Under the pieces are notes generated by a model that did no database searches, had not been told where the DNA came from, and was given only the letters and a program-made list of their open reading frames with translations. 64,000 nt of DNA from an uncultured Pelagibacteraceae bacterium (GTDB lineage: Bacteria > Pseudomonadota > Alphaproteobacteria > Pelagibacterales > Pelagibacteraceae): the NCBI GenBank assembly GCA_902597725.1, contig CACJYQ010000001.1:18413-82412 (forward strand), written 5' to 3'. Below, piece by piece: positions 29,166-39,537 of this stretch. How positions within the stretch are numbered: position 1 is the first letter of the stretch; the number at the start of each line of letters is the position of its first letter. Made by a program: the position numbers and the translations under genes.

Positions 29166-29621
29166 TTACAAATTTAAACCCTTAATTTTTAATATTCGTT
29201 CCTTGTAATCATTTCCATATTCGAAATTTAATTCTATCAAATTTTTTGGTTTCGGTTTTATTTTTTGTGGCCATTCAATTAATGTAATAGCATTAGTAAT
29301 ATCATTAAATAATCCTAGATTGTGAATTTCATCTAAACTATTTATTCTAAATAAATCATAATGATTAATTTTGATTTGTTTAATTTGATACTCATTTAAT
29401 AAATTGAATGTAGGACTTGTTACTTCAGTTATTTTAAGTCCATTTTGTTTTTGAAAATTGTTGATTAAATATCTAATAAAAGTAGTCTTTCCGACACCCA
29501 TCTCACCCACAAAAAAAACTACATGTCCTAATTTCAATCTCTTTGAAATCTTTTGAGCTAATTCCTCTGTTTTTTTTTCTGAAGATAAATTGATAAAATC
29601 ACTTTTAGTAGCGATAGGCAT
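29166..29621 (-). CDS. tsaE: t6A biosynthesis ATPase TsaE
   Basis: [24 protein letters not shown]. Confidence 0.93.
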   Translation of the reverse strand: MPIATKSDFINLSSEKKTEELAQKISKRLKLGHVVFFVGEMGVGKTTFIRYLINNFQKQNGLKITEVTSPTFNLLNEYQIKQIKINHYDLFRINSLDEIHNLGLFNDITNAITLIEWPQKIKPKPKNLIELNFEYGNDYKERILKIKGLNL

Positions 29622-30891
29622 TAGGTTTAAAAGGTCCCTCTACCCCTACACTGATATAATCTGCTTGATCTTTAGAAAGTTTAGTTAATTTAGCACCAAC
29701 TTTTTTAAGGTGAAGTGTGGCTACTTTCTCATCTAAATGTTTTGGTAAAACATAAACTTTGTTTTCATAATTTTTATGATTATTCCATAGTTCTATTTGA
29801 GCAATAACTTGATTTGTGAAAGAAGCACTCATTACAAAACTTGGATGCCCAGTAGCACAGCCCAAATTTACTAATCTACCCTCTGCTAATAAAATTATTC
29901 TTTTTTTGCTAGGTAGTTCAATTTCATGTACTTGGGGTTTTACTTCAGTCCATTTGTAATTTTTCAAAGCTTCAACCTGAATTTCATTATCGAAATGTCC
30001 GATATTACATAAGATTGCTCTATCCTTCATATCTCTCATATGGTCAGCTGTAACAATATCTTTATTACCAGTCGCAGTTACAACTATATCTGCTTTACTA
30101 ATTGCTTCATCCATTAAAACAACTTCGTAACCCTCCATTGCAGCTTGCAATGCGCATATTGGATCTGCTTCAGTAACCAATACACGAGCCCCGCTCTGCC
30201 TTAATGATGCAGCACTTCCTTTTCCAACATCACCAAAGCCTGCAACAATTGCAATTTTTCCAGACATCATTACATCAGTGGCTCTTCTAATTCCATCAAC
30301 TAAACTTTCTCTACACCCATATAAGTTATCAAATTTTGATTTGGTAACAGAATCATTCACATTTATTGCTGGAACCAACAAAGAATTTTCTTTTTCCATT
30401 TTATTCAAAGCTTTTATCCCTGTAGTTGTCTCTTCCGAAACTCCTTTAACATCTTTTAATAGATCTTTATATTCATTGTGCATCATTGCTGTTAAATCCC
30501 CACCATCATCTAAAAGCATATTAGGTTTCCAACTTTTATTACCTTCAATGGTTTGTTTTATGCACCAAACATATTCCTCCTCTGTTTCTCCCTTCCACGC
30601 ATAAACTGGAATACCAGCTTTTGCTATTGCTGCTGCTGCATGGTCTTGAGTAGAAAAAATGTTACAAGACGACCATCTTACTTCTGCACCTAAATCTACT
30701 AAGGTTTCAATTAATACTGCTGTTTGTATTGTCATATGCAAACAACCTATGATTTTTGCACCCTTTAAAGGAGATTTTCCAGCGTACTCCTCCCTTAAAG
30801 CCATAAGTCCTGGCATTTCACTTTCAGCAATTGAAATTTCTTTTCGTCCAAATTCTGCTTGTGATAAATCTTTTACTTTATAATCTTCCAT
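29605..30891 (-). CDS. ahcY: Adenosylhomocysteinase
   Basis: [35 protein letters not shown]; ATG at 30891. Confidence 0.97.
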   Translation of the reverse strand: MEDYKVKDLSQAEFGRKEISIAESEMPGLMALREEYAGKSPLKGAKIIGCLHMTIQTAVLIETLVDLGAEVRWSSCNIFSTQDHAAAAIAKAGIPVYAWKGETEEEYVWCIKQTIEGNKSWKPNMLLDDGGDLTAMMHNEYKDLLKDVKGVSEETTTGIKALNKMEKENSLLVPAINVNDSVTKSKFDNLYGCRESLVDGIRRATDVMMSGKIAIVAGFGDVGKGSAASLRQSGARVLVTEADPICALQAAMEGYEVVLMDEAISKADIVVTATGNKDIVTADHMRDMKDRAILCNIGHFDNEIQVEALKNYKWTEVKPQVHEIELPSKKRIILLAEGRLVNLGCATGHPSFVMSASFTNQVIAQIELWNNHKNYENKVYVLPKHLDEKVATLHLKKVGAKLTKLSKDQADYISVGVEGPFKPNAYRY

Positions 30892-30936
30892 CGTGGCTCT
30901 TCTAACAATTAACAATTAATTAATCAATAAAACTCT

Positions 30937-32478
30937 TTAAACTTTTGGAAACTCTATTTCCATACTCGCTCCTTTTTTATCTTGTCTATTAGATGCTTTG
31001 ATTGTGGCATTATGTAAATCAACTAAATTTTTTACTATATTTAACCCTAGACCAGAATGCTGTCCAAATTTATCAGGTCTATTACTATAGAATCTTTTAA
31101 ATATTTTATTTGTATCTTTTTCTTTGAAACCCTGTCCCTCATCTAATATTTTTATGTACACTTTGCTATCCTCTGATTTCGAAACTTGCACAATTACATC
31201 TTTATTATCATCACTAAAAGAAATTGCATTATCTAAAAGGTTTGCAATGATTTGTTCAATTCTGTTTTCGATTCCATAAATCAAATATTTGTTTTTACCA
31301 TCATTTTTATAAGAAATATTAATTCCTCTTTTTACTTTATAAATGTTATTAAAATCATCAACTACTGACTTAATTATTGGTTCAATGTCTATTTTTTTAA
31401 TTTTTTCTTTACTTAGTGCAACTTCATCTTTTAACATTTGTGAGTAATCAGTAATCAATCTTTCAATTCTTTGTACATCGTGGCTTAAAATATTAATCAA
31501 TTTAAGTCTTTGTTCAGAGTCTTGTGCGTCATGTAAAATTTCTGATGCACTTTTTAATGATGCCAATGGATTACGAATTTCATGTACAAGATCAGTTGAA
31601 AAATTTTCTGCATGTGAAATTCTTTTTTGTAATTCTAAAGTCATATCATCCAATGAATTAGAGAGTAAACCAAGTTCATCATTTCTTAATTTTAATGTAT
31701 CTATATTTGTTTTTTTTGTGTCTTTATTTTTTATGATTTTGGTATAACTGACTAAATTTTTAATTGGTTTTAAAAAATATCTATTTAAAACAAACGAAAA
31801 AATCAATATTACGATACCAACTGCAATTGCAGTCCTAATTACAAAAGTTTTTCTTTCATCTATGGCAGCTTTTATATCATTGGCATTTTCTGTTATTGCT
31901 AAATATCCAATATTTTTTCCATCCTTCATCACGTTTTTGATGGTAGTCAATTTAAATTTATTAAATTCTTCCTCGGTAAATGTAAAAGGGATTCCAAAAT
32001 TTTTAGACGTTGCGTAATTTAAAAGAACATCATTTAAAGACACATTATTTTTATTTCCGATATCTATATTTTTTTCTTCAGTGATTTTTTTTGTTGTTGT
32101 TGAGTCCAAAACCTCTAACTCAATAGTATCCAACCTTTGTGAAAATGATCTTGGATCTAAGTCTAATGTATCAGTGTCTCCTATTAGGTTAAGTTTATTA
32201 TCAAAAAATATTACTCTATCCAAGTTCTGAAAAAGAAATCTTGTTGAAAACAAAAATTTTCTAATATCTTTTTCAACAAATTTTACATTTAATCTTGTTA
32301 GATTATCAATAGTATTATTGATAACCTCAATATGATTTGAGGATTTTTTTTTAATTAAGTTTGGTTGGACATTTTTCAAATAAACGAACGTGAACAGGCC
32401 TATTATGGTGAAAAAAATAGAATTTATGAACAAAAATTTTTTTAAAATTGATAAGTTCTTAAGAAAATTGCTGAGCAT
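30937..32478 (-). CDS. chvG: Sensor histidine kinase ChvG
   Basis: 2 TM + HAMP, HEIRNPL, NLLDNA, RFYSNRP..FGQHSGLGL; coupled to chvI. Confidence 0.88.
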   Translation of the reverse strand: MLSNFLKNLSILKKFLFINSIFFTIIGLFTFVYLKNVQPNLIKKKSSNHIEVINNTIDNLTRLNVKFVEKDIRKFLFSTRFLFQNLDRVIFFDNKLNLIGDTDTLDLDPRSFSQRLDTIELEVLDSTTTKKITEEKNIDIGNKNNVSLNDVLLNYATSKNFGIPFTFTEEEFNKFKLTTIKNVMKDGKNIGYLAITENANDIKAAIDERKTFVIRTAIAVGIVILIFSFVLNRYFLKPIKNLVSYTKIIKNKDTKKTNIDTLKLRNDELGLLSNSLDDMTLELQKRISHAENFSTDLVHEIRNPLASLKSASEILHDAQDSEQRLKLINILSHDVQRIERLITDYSQMLKDEVALSKEKIKKIDIEPIIKSVVDDFNNIYKVKRGINISYKNDGKNKYLIYGIENRIEQIIANLLDNAISFSDDNKDVIVQVSKSEDSKVYIKILDEGQGFKEKDTNKIFKRFYSNRPDKFGQHSGLGLNIVKNLVDLHNATIKASNRQDKKGASMEIEFPKV

Positions 32479-33185
32479 TAGCTAACATTCCATCTATATC
32501 CGCTTCCATATCTAGTTTCTATAGCTGAAAATTCAGGATCAACTTTTTTGAATTTTTTTCTAATTCTTTTAACGTGACTATCAATTGTTCTATCCTCAAT
32601 ATCTGTATCTTCTCTATAAGCTATGTCCATTAATTGAGCTCTCTCTTTTATAATTCCTGGTCTTTTGGCTAGCTCTTTTACGAGTAAAAATTCTGTGGTA
32701 GTCAATTTATCAGGTAATTGTTTTCCATTCCATTCGCATTCTAATTGAGACGGATCAAGTTTTAATTTTCCATGCGATATAATACTTTTATTTTCCTCAA
32801 GAGTTTCTTTGGAGTCTTTTTTTCTAAGTTGAACTCTAATTCTTTCAATTAAAACTTTAATTGAAAAACCACCTGATTTTTTTACGAAATCATCAGCACC
32901 TAATTTTAGTCCTAGTAATTCGTCAATTTCATCATCTTTAGATGTCAGAAATATAACTGGTAATGAGGTTTTTTTTCTCAATTTCTTGAGCAATTCCTCA
33001 CCGTCCATTTTTGGCATTTTTATATCTACAATAGCTAGATCTGGTGGTGTCCTGGTTAATCCAATTAATGCACTCTCTCCATCAATGTATGTTTGTACTT
33101 TAAATCCTTCTTTCTCAAGAGCAATACTTAAGCTGGTTAGAATATTTCTGTCATCATCTACTAAGGCAATTGTTTGTTTTTGCAT
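32478..33185 (-). CDS. chvI: Response regulator ChvI (OmpR family)
   Basis: IALVDDDRNILTS, DIKMP, DRTIDSHVKRIRKKF. Confidence 0.92.
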   Translation of the reverse strand: MQKQTIALVDDDRNILTSLSIALEKEGFKVQTYIDGESALIGLTRTPPDLAIVDIKMPKMDGEELLKKLRKKTSLPVIFLTSKDDEIDELLGLKLGADDFVKKSGGFSIKVLIERIRVQLRKKDSKETLEENKSIISHGKLKLDPSQLECEWNGKQLPDKLTTTEFLLVKELAKRPGIIKERAQLMDIAYREDTDIEDRTIDSHVKRIRKKFKKVDPEFSAIETRYGSGYRWNVS

Positions 33186-33230
33186 ACTTAATTATAAAAA
33201 TACTAAATTGTTCTAATTTGGGCAAATAAA

Positions 33231-36005
33231 TTAATGTAATGTACCCCAATTTTCTCCAGTGTTTAAATCTACTGTAAGAGGTATTGAAAAAGAATGTTGA
33301 TCACTTTCAGCAACGCTAGACATTTCATCAATTATCACTTTGGATATTTTTTTTACTTCATTTTTGGGACTTTCAAAAATTAGTTCATCATGGATTTGAA
33401 GTAACATCTTTGTTTTATTAAATTTTTGCTCTTTGAGTTTTTTATCAATTCTTATCATTGCCAATCTCATTATTTCAGCTGCAGACCCTTGTATTGGAGC
33501 ATTAATTGCTGCACGTTCTTGAAAGTTTCTCACATTATAATTTTTATCATTTATATTTATAAAATGAGATCTTCTTCCAAAAATATTACTTACATAACCA
33601 CTTTTTCTACAAAATTTAATTGTTCGATCCATATAAACTTTTATTTCGGGGAACTTTGAAAAATATGAATTTAGAAACTCCTCAGCTTCAAAATTAGAGA
33701 CATTAATTTGCTTCGCTAATCCATACTGAGAAATTCCGTAAATTATTCCAAAGTTGATGGCTTTAGCCTTTCTTCTTTGGTCTTGATTCACTTTATTAAT
33801 ATCAATATTAAAAATTTGGCTAGCAGTTAGAGAGTGTATATCCTCATTATTTTGAAAAGCTTTTTTTAATTCTTTAACATCAGCCAAATCGGCTAAAATT
33901 CTCATTTCAATTTGATTATAATCTGCAGAAATTAAAATATTATCCTTCTCAGCAATAAAGGCTTTGCGAATATCTCTCCCATCTTCTGATTTAATTGGAA
34001 TGTTTTGCAAATTAGGATCACTTGAAGCTAGTCTTCCTGTAGTCGTTGCTGCTAATAAAAAAGAAGTATGAACTTTTTTTGTAGCAGGATTGATATGTTC
34101 AGGTAAAGAGTCTGAATATGTATTTTTTAATTTTGAAACTTGCCGCCAGTCTAGGACTAATTGTGGAAATTTATGACCTTTAAAAGCGAGATCTTCTAGT
34201 ACTGAGGCACTTGTTGCAAAACTTCCCTTTTTAGTTTTTTTTAAGTCTGCAATCTTAAGATCATTGTATAAAATTTCACCAAGTTGTTTTGGAGAAGCAA
34301 TATTAAATTCTTTTTTTGAGAGTTTAAAAACTTCTTTCTGAATTTTTTCAATCTTTTTTTCAAATTTAGTAGATAATGTTTTTAGAAACTTTTTGTCAAC
34401 TTTAATACCCTGTATTTCCATATCAGCCAAAATTCTAAGTAATGGCTTTTCGAAAATTTCATAAATATTAATCATTTTTTCTTCTTTCAAACTTTTATAA
34501 AATTTTTTATATAGTCTATAAGTTATGTCAGCGTCCTCAGCAGCATAATCTTTTGCTTTTTCTAAATCGACCTCACTAAAATTTATCTGTTTCTTTCCAG
34601 ATCCAACTAATTCTCTAAATTTTATTGTTTTATGATTCAGGTGAATTTCAGATAACGTATCCATGTTGTGTCTATTTTTTCCAGCATCAAGCACATAAGA
34701 CATGAGCATGGTGTCCTCCATCGCTGACACGTTTATCCCATGATTAAAAAATACAATAAAATCAAATTTAATGTTCTGACCTATTTTTTTGATACTTGGA
34801 TCTTCAAGTAAAGGTTTTAATTTTTTAAGCACTATGTCTTTATCAATGCACTTTTTTGAATTATGTCCTATTGGTATGTAACAAGCTTTTCCAATCTTAG
34901 AACTCAAAGATACTCCAACTAAATCAGCTTGATGAGGATCTAAAGAATTTGTTTCTGTGTCAACTGCAACTTCTCCTATTTCTTCAGCTTCCTTTATCCA
35001 ATTATCAATTTCACTGTGTTCTGTTATTAAAAAATAATTTTTTTTATCTATTTCAACTTTTTTTTCCTTTAACTTAACATCGTTTTTTTCACCATTAAAA
35101 TCTGGCTCCCCATAAGCAGAAATAGCAGAGCTGAGTAACCTATTAAACTCCATTTCTCGTAGAAATTTATAAAGTTTATCTTTATCAATTTTTTTTAATT
35201 CAAAATCATTGAGTTTCATTTCAATTGGAGCATCGTGCTTTAATGTCACTAATCTTTTACTTATTAAAGCTTTATCTTTGTTGTTTAGTAGAGTCTCTCT
35301 TCTCTTATTTTGTTTGATTTCATCTGCTGATTTTAAAAGTGTCTCTAAATCACCATACTTATTAATCAATTCTGCTGCAGTTTTTACACCAATTCCAGGA
35401 ACACCAGGTACGTTATCACTGCTATCCCCAGCTAGAGACTGAACATCTATAACTTTATCTGGATCTACCCCAAATTTGTTTTTTACATCTTCATTAGAGA
35501 TGAACTTATTTTTCATTGGATCAAAAATACGAACATCTTTTTTATACAATTGCATCAAATCTTTATCTGATGAAACTATTGTTACCTTTGCTCCTTTTTT
35601 TAAAATCTGATCAACATAAGTTGCGATTAAATCATCTGCTTCATAATTAACTAATTCAACAGAGGGCAAATTAAAGGCTAAAACTGATTTTCTTATATAT
35701 TCAAATTGTGGTGCTAAGTCATCTGGCGCCTCAGATCGATTGGCTTTGTAATCACTATAGATTTCATTTCTAAAAGTCTTTCTAGCTGAGTCAAAAATTA
35801 CAGCAAAATGAGTTGGTTTCTGTAGATTTTCATTTGATTTCGAGTCTTCAAGGAGTTTAAACAACATACTGCAAAAACCACTTACTGCTCCAGTCGGTAA
35901 TCCATCACTTTTTCGAGTTAATGGTGGTAAGGCATAATATGCTCTAAATATATAACCCGATCCATCAATTAGATAAAAATGATCTGTTTTTTGAATCTTA
36001 TTCAT
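33231..36005 (-). CDS. polA: DNA polymerase I
   Basis: LIDGS 5'-3' exo, DTET 3'-5' exo, ADYNQIEMR, KAINFGIIYG, LQIHDEL. Confidence 0.98.
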   Translation of the reverse strand: MNKIQKTDHFYLIDGSGYIFRAYYALPPLTRKSDGLPTGAVSGFCSMLFKLLEDSKSNENLQKPTHFAVIFDSARKTFRNEIYSDYKANRSEAPDDLAPQFEYIRKSVLAFNLPSVELVNYEADDLIATYVDQILKKGAKVTIVSSDKDLMQLYKKDVRIFDPMKNKFISNEDVKNKFGVDPDKVIDVQSLAGDSSDNVPGVPGIGVKTAAELINKYGDLETLLKSADEIKQNKRRETLLNNKDKALISKRLVTLKHDAPIEMKLNDFELKKIDKDKLYKFLREMEFNRLLSSAISAYGEPDFNGEKNDVKLKEKKVEIDKKNYFLITEHSEIDNWIKEAEEIGEVAVDTETNSLDPHQADLVGVSLSSKIGKACYIPIGHNSKKCIDKDIVLKKLKPLLEDPSIKKIGQNIKFDFIVFFNHGINVSAMEDTMLMSYVLDAGKNRHNMDTLSEIHLNHKTIKFRELVGSGKKQINFSEVDLEKAKDYAAEDADITYRLYKKFYKSLKEEKMINIYEIFEKPLLRILADMEIQGIKVDKKFLKTLSTKFEKKIEKIQKEVFKLSKKEFNIASPKQLGEILYNDLKIADLKKTKKGSFATSASVLEDLAFKGHKFPQLVLDWRQVSKLKNTYSDSLPEHINPATKKVHTSFLLAATTTGRLASSDPNLQNIPIKSEDGRDIRKAFIAEKDNILISADYNQIEMRILADLADVKELKKAFQNNEDIHSLTASQIFNIDINKVNQDQRRKAKAINFGIIYGISQYGLAKQINVSNFEAEEFLNSYFSKFPEIKVYMDRTIKFCRKSGYVSNIFGRRSHFININDKNYNVRNFQERAAINAPIQGSAAEIMRLAMIRIDKKLKEQKFNKTKMLLQIHDELIFESPKNEVKKISKVIIDEMSSVAESDQHSFSIPLTVDLNTGENWGTLH

Positions 36006-36050
36006 TTAAATTAATATAGATTAAAGATAAAAATAAGAGTATTATTTTTT

Positions 36051-36602
36051 ATGGAACTTATAAAGCAAAATACTCAAAACCAGCTTATAAAATCATTATT
36101 GATTATCTTTATAGGTTCAATAATTCTTACAATTTCTGCTAAAATCAAGATACCTTTTTATCCAGTTCCAATGACTATGCAAACATTCATAGTTTTATTT
36201 TTAGGTATAAGCTTCGGATATAAAATAGCTCTAGCCACTGTAAGTTTATACTTATTAGAAGGTATATTGGGTTTACCAGTATTTTCAAATTCTCCCGAAA
36301 GAGGGATAGGTTTAGTTTATTTTACAGGTCCAACAATGGGGTATTTAATTGGATTTTTATCTGCGTGTTTTTTAGCCTCGTTCGTTAGAAATGATGATAA
36401 TTATTTTTTAATTTTTTTTAAATTAATATTTTCAGTTTCAACAATTTATATCCTGGGTATACTATGGCTAGGTACATTAATTGGTTGGGACAAACCTGTT
36501 TTAAAATTAGGTGTAATGCCTTTTTTAGTTGCTGAAATTTTCAAAATTTGTCTGCTTACTTTAATTGCAAAAAAAATACTAAAATTTAGAAAATTTATTT
36601 AG
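36051..36602 (+). CDS. bioY: Biotin transporter BioY (solitary S component)
   Basis: PVPMTMQT, GLPVF, GPTMGYLIGF. Confidence 0.9.
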   Translation: MELIKQNTQNQLIKSLLIIFIGSIILTISAKIKIPFYPVPMTMQTFIVLFLGISFGYKIALATVSLYLLEGILGLPVFSNSPERGIGLVYFTGPTMGYLIGFLSACFLASFVRNDDNYFLIFFKLIFSVSTIYILGILWLGTLIGWDKPVLKLGVMPFLVAEIFKICLLTLIAKKILKFRKFI

Positions 36603-37158
36603 GCGATCTTTTAGATAAGATTCTTTGAAGAGTTCTTCTGTGCATTTTAAGCCTTCTCGCAGTTTCTGAAACATTTCTATTACATAATTCAAATACCCTA
36701 TGAATATGTTCCCATTTAACCCGATCTGCTGACATTGGGTTTTCAGGTGGTGCAGCTTTTTTTGATGGATCTGCTAATAAGGCTTTTTCTACATCGTCTG
36801 CATCAGCTGGTTTAGCTAAATAGTCAATAGCGCCCTCTTTGATTGCAGCTACAGCAGTTGGAATATTTCCATAACCCGTTAACATAATGATTCGACTTAA
36901 TGAATTTGACGACTGGATTTCTTTTACAACCTCTAATCCATTTCCATCATTTAACCTAAGGTCAACTACTGCAAAACCTGGTTTTTTAACTTTGACCATG
37001 TCTTTTCCTTTTTGCACACTCTCAGCTTGTAAGACTTCAAATCCCTTCTTTTCCATAGCCCTAGCCAATCTCTCCCTAAAAGGATTGTCATCATCTACGA
37101 TTAATAAGGATTTATTGTCAAAATCAGCCAGATTTTGTAATGGACCTTGGTTTTTCAT
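36595..37158 (-). CDS. regA: ActR/PrrA/RegA redox response regulator
   Basis: LTGYGNIPTAV, PMSADRVKWEHI, NVSETARRLKMHRRTLQRIL; ATG at 37158 preferred. Confidence 0.93.
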   Translation of the reverse strand: MKNQGPLQNLADFDNKSLLIVDDDNPFRERLARAMEKKGFEVLQAESVQKGKDMVKVKKPGFAVVDLRLNDGNGLEVVKEIQSSNSLSRIIMLTGYGNIPTAVAAIKEGAIDYLAKPADADDVEKALLADPSKKAAPPENPMSADRVKWEHIHRVFELCNRNVSETARRLKMHRRTLQRILSKRSPK

Positions 37159-37306
37159 GCGAGTTATATGGATATTTTTTTCCACAATTCAATAGGCCAT
37201 TATTTGCTTTACATTGAATAACTATTGAATTAATTGCTCGATTATTAAAGTTTTTTTTAAATAAAAGGCTTTTTTTTTGTTAAATTTTTTTTGGGGGGCA
37301 TTTAAA

Positions 37307-38491
37307 ATGCAAAAATTTAAGTCGGTTGAGGATTTAGTTAATCAACTGAAACCGGAAAAACCTGTTTATTGTATAAGAAAGAATTCTATTCTTTCTGCTT
37401 CAAAATTCTTTCAAAAAAAGTTTCCAGGTAAAATACTATATGCTGTAAAAACTAATCCTCATTCTGAAGTTATCAAAACATTAATAAAAAGTGGAATTAA
37501 TCAATTTGATGTTGCGTCTATCGAAGAAATCAAAGCAGTAAGGAAATTTGATAATACTGCAAAATGTTCTTTTATGCATACAGTTAAAAGTAGAGAGAGT
37601 ATAAAAGAAGCATATTTTAATTTTGGAATAAAAACTTTCGCTTTAGATACTAAAGATGAATTAATTAAAATTATCGAAACAACAGACAATGCGAAAGATT
37701 TAGAATTATTTATCAGAGTTGCTGTTTCTAATGAGCATGCTGAAATAGATTTATCAAAAAAATTTGGTGCATTAAATTCTGAGGCTTCAGGACTGTTAAG
37801 ACTTGCAAAACTTCATTCAAAAAAAATTGGCTTAAGTTTTCATGTTGGCTCTCAATGTATGCATCCAATTTCATATTCTAAAGGAATCAATGAAATGGGA
37901 AATATAATTAAAAAAACTAAAATAATTCCAGATTACATAAATATCGGTGGAGGCTTCCCAACAATTTATCCTGATCTTGTGCCTTTATCTTTAGAAAATT
38001 ATATGGGGGAAATTAAAAAAAGTTTAGAAAATTTAAATTTAAAGAATATGCCTCAAATAATTTGCGAACCTGGAAGAGCTCTGGTTGCAGAAAGTGGATC
38101 AACAATTGTGAGAGTTAATTTAAGAAAAAAACAAAAACTTTATATTAACGATGGTACTTACGGCACGCTCTTTGATGCTGGAACACCAAATATAGTTTTT
38201 CCATCAAAATTGATTAAAGAAACTTCAAGTAAGATTATTTCAAAAAAAATGACTGCATTTGATTTTTATGGACCAACATGTGACAGTATGGATTATATGA
38301 AAGGCCCTTTCCTACTTCCGAATAATATAAAAGAAAATGATTACATTGAACTTGGTCAGTTAGGATCTTATGGTTTAACTTTTAGAACTCAATTTAATGG
38401 TTATTACTCTGATGAAATTTATGAGGTTGAGGATAACCCGATAATGTCTATGTATGACAAAAATTCAGACAAAGCTACTTTAGTTGCTTAA
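37307..38491 (+). CDS. Fold-type III PLP-dependent basic amino acid decarboxylase (Orn/Lys/Arg)
   Basis: YAVKTNP, FDVAS, HVGSQ, IGGGF, EPGR, GPTCDSMD. Confidence 0.9.
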   Translation: MQKFKSVEDLVNQLKPEKPVYCIRKNSILSASKFFQKKFPGKILYAVKTNPHSEVIKTLIKSGINQFDVASIEEIKAVRKFDNTAKCSFMHTVKSRESIKEAYFNFGIKTFALDTKDELIKIIETTDNAKDLELFIRVAVSNEHAEIDLSKKFGALNSEASGLLRLAKLHSKKIGLSFHVGSQCMHPISYSKGINEMGNIIKKTKIIPDYINIGGGFPTIYPDLVPLSLENYMGEIKKSLENLNLKNMPQIICEPGRALVAESGSTIVRVNLRKKQKLYINDGTYGTLFDAGTPNIVFPSKLIKETSSKIISKKMTAFDFYGPTCDSMDYMKGPFLLPNNIKENDYIELGQLGSYGLTFRTQFNGYYSDEIYEVEDNPIMSMYDKNSDKATLVA

Positions 38492-39534
38492 TGTCAGAAA
38501 ATAAAAATCTAGGTCACAACAGTAAAAAAGATTTCTTAAAAAAACCTATAGAACATATTGATATTACATCATTCGACTCTAGAAAAATTATCTCTTCCAT
38601 GGAAAAAATGTCTTTTGTTTCGAGAGAGACGGCTAATGCAGCCAATATTTATAATGAAATGTTGAAAGATAAAGAATGTACAATTTTTTTAACATTAGCA
38701 GGTTCAACATCTGCTGCAGGTTGTATGAATATTTATAAGGATTTAGTCAAATATAATATGGTTGATGCAATAGTAGCGACTGGCGCTTCAATAATTGATA
38801 TGGATTTTTTTGAAGCTCTTGGTTTTAAACACTATCAAGGATCACAATTCCAAGATGATACTGAATTAAGAAAAAATTATATCGATAGAATTTACGACAC
38901 ATATATAGATGAAGATGAGTTACAAATTTGTGATAAAAAAATATGTGAAATCGCAGATACCTTGGAACCTAGAAGCTATACATCAAGAGAATTTATTAAA
39001 GAGATAGGTAAATATTTAAAAAAAAATTCTATAAAAAAAGACTCTTTGATTGAAACAGCATACGATAATGATGTTCCAATTTTTTGCCCAGCTTTCACCG
39101 ACTCCAGTGCTGGATTTGGTTTAGTTATACATCAAGAAAAAAATCCAAAAAAGCATATAACTATCGACTCTATAAGAGAATTTAGAGAATTAACTGAAAT
39201 TAAAATACGCTCGAAAGGATCAGGTTTATTTATGATTGGTGGTGGTGTTCCAAAAAATTTTATACAAGACACCGTAATTTGTGCTGAATTATTGGGTAAG
39301 GAAGTTGACATGCATAAATATGCTGTGCAAATCACAGTTGCCGATTCTAGAGACGGCGCGTGTAGTAGTTCGACATTAAAGGAAGCAAGTTCATGGGGTA
39401 AAGTTGATGTCACAAAAGAACAGATGGTATTTGCTGAAGCCACTAGTGTACTGCCCTTAATAGCTAGCGACGTTTATCACAGAGGTGAGTGGAAAAATAG
39501 GGATAAGAAAAAATTCACAAAAATTTTTGAGTAA
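38491..39534 (+). CDS. Deoxyhypusine synthase-like protein (SpeY / homospermidine biosynthesis)
   Basis: IDRIYD, PAFTDSS, GGGVPKNF, EASSWGK catalytic Lys. Confidence 0.9.
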   Translation: MSENKNLGHNSKKDFLKKPIEHIDITSFDSRKIISSMEKMSFVSRETANAANIYNEMLKDKECTIFLTLAGSTSAAGCMNIYKDLVKYNMVDAIVATGASIIDMDFFEALGFKHYQGSQFQDDTELRKNYIDRIYDTYIDEDELQICDKKICEIADTLEPRSYTSREFIKEIGKYLKKNSIKKDSLIETAYDNDVPIFCPAFTDSSAGFGLVIHQEKNPKKHITIDSIREFRELTEIKIRSKGSGLFMIGGGVPKNFIQDTVICAELLGKEVDMHKYAVQITVADSRDGACSSSTLKEASSWGKVDVTKEQMVFAEATSVLPLIASDVYHRGEWKNRDKKKFTKIFE

Positions 39535-39537
39535 AAA

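Noticed and set aside
30892-30936. SAH/SAM riboswitch before ahcY
   Set aside because: Only about 45 nt, AT-rich, no aptamer motifs
38491-39534. Eukaryote/archaea-type hypusination system
   Set aside because: No eIF5A/EF-P or hydroxylase gene nearby; flanking genes point to polyamine synthesis
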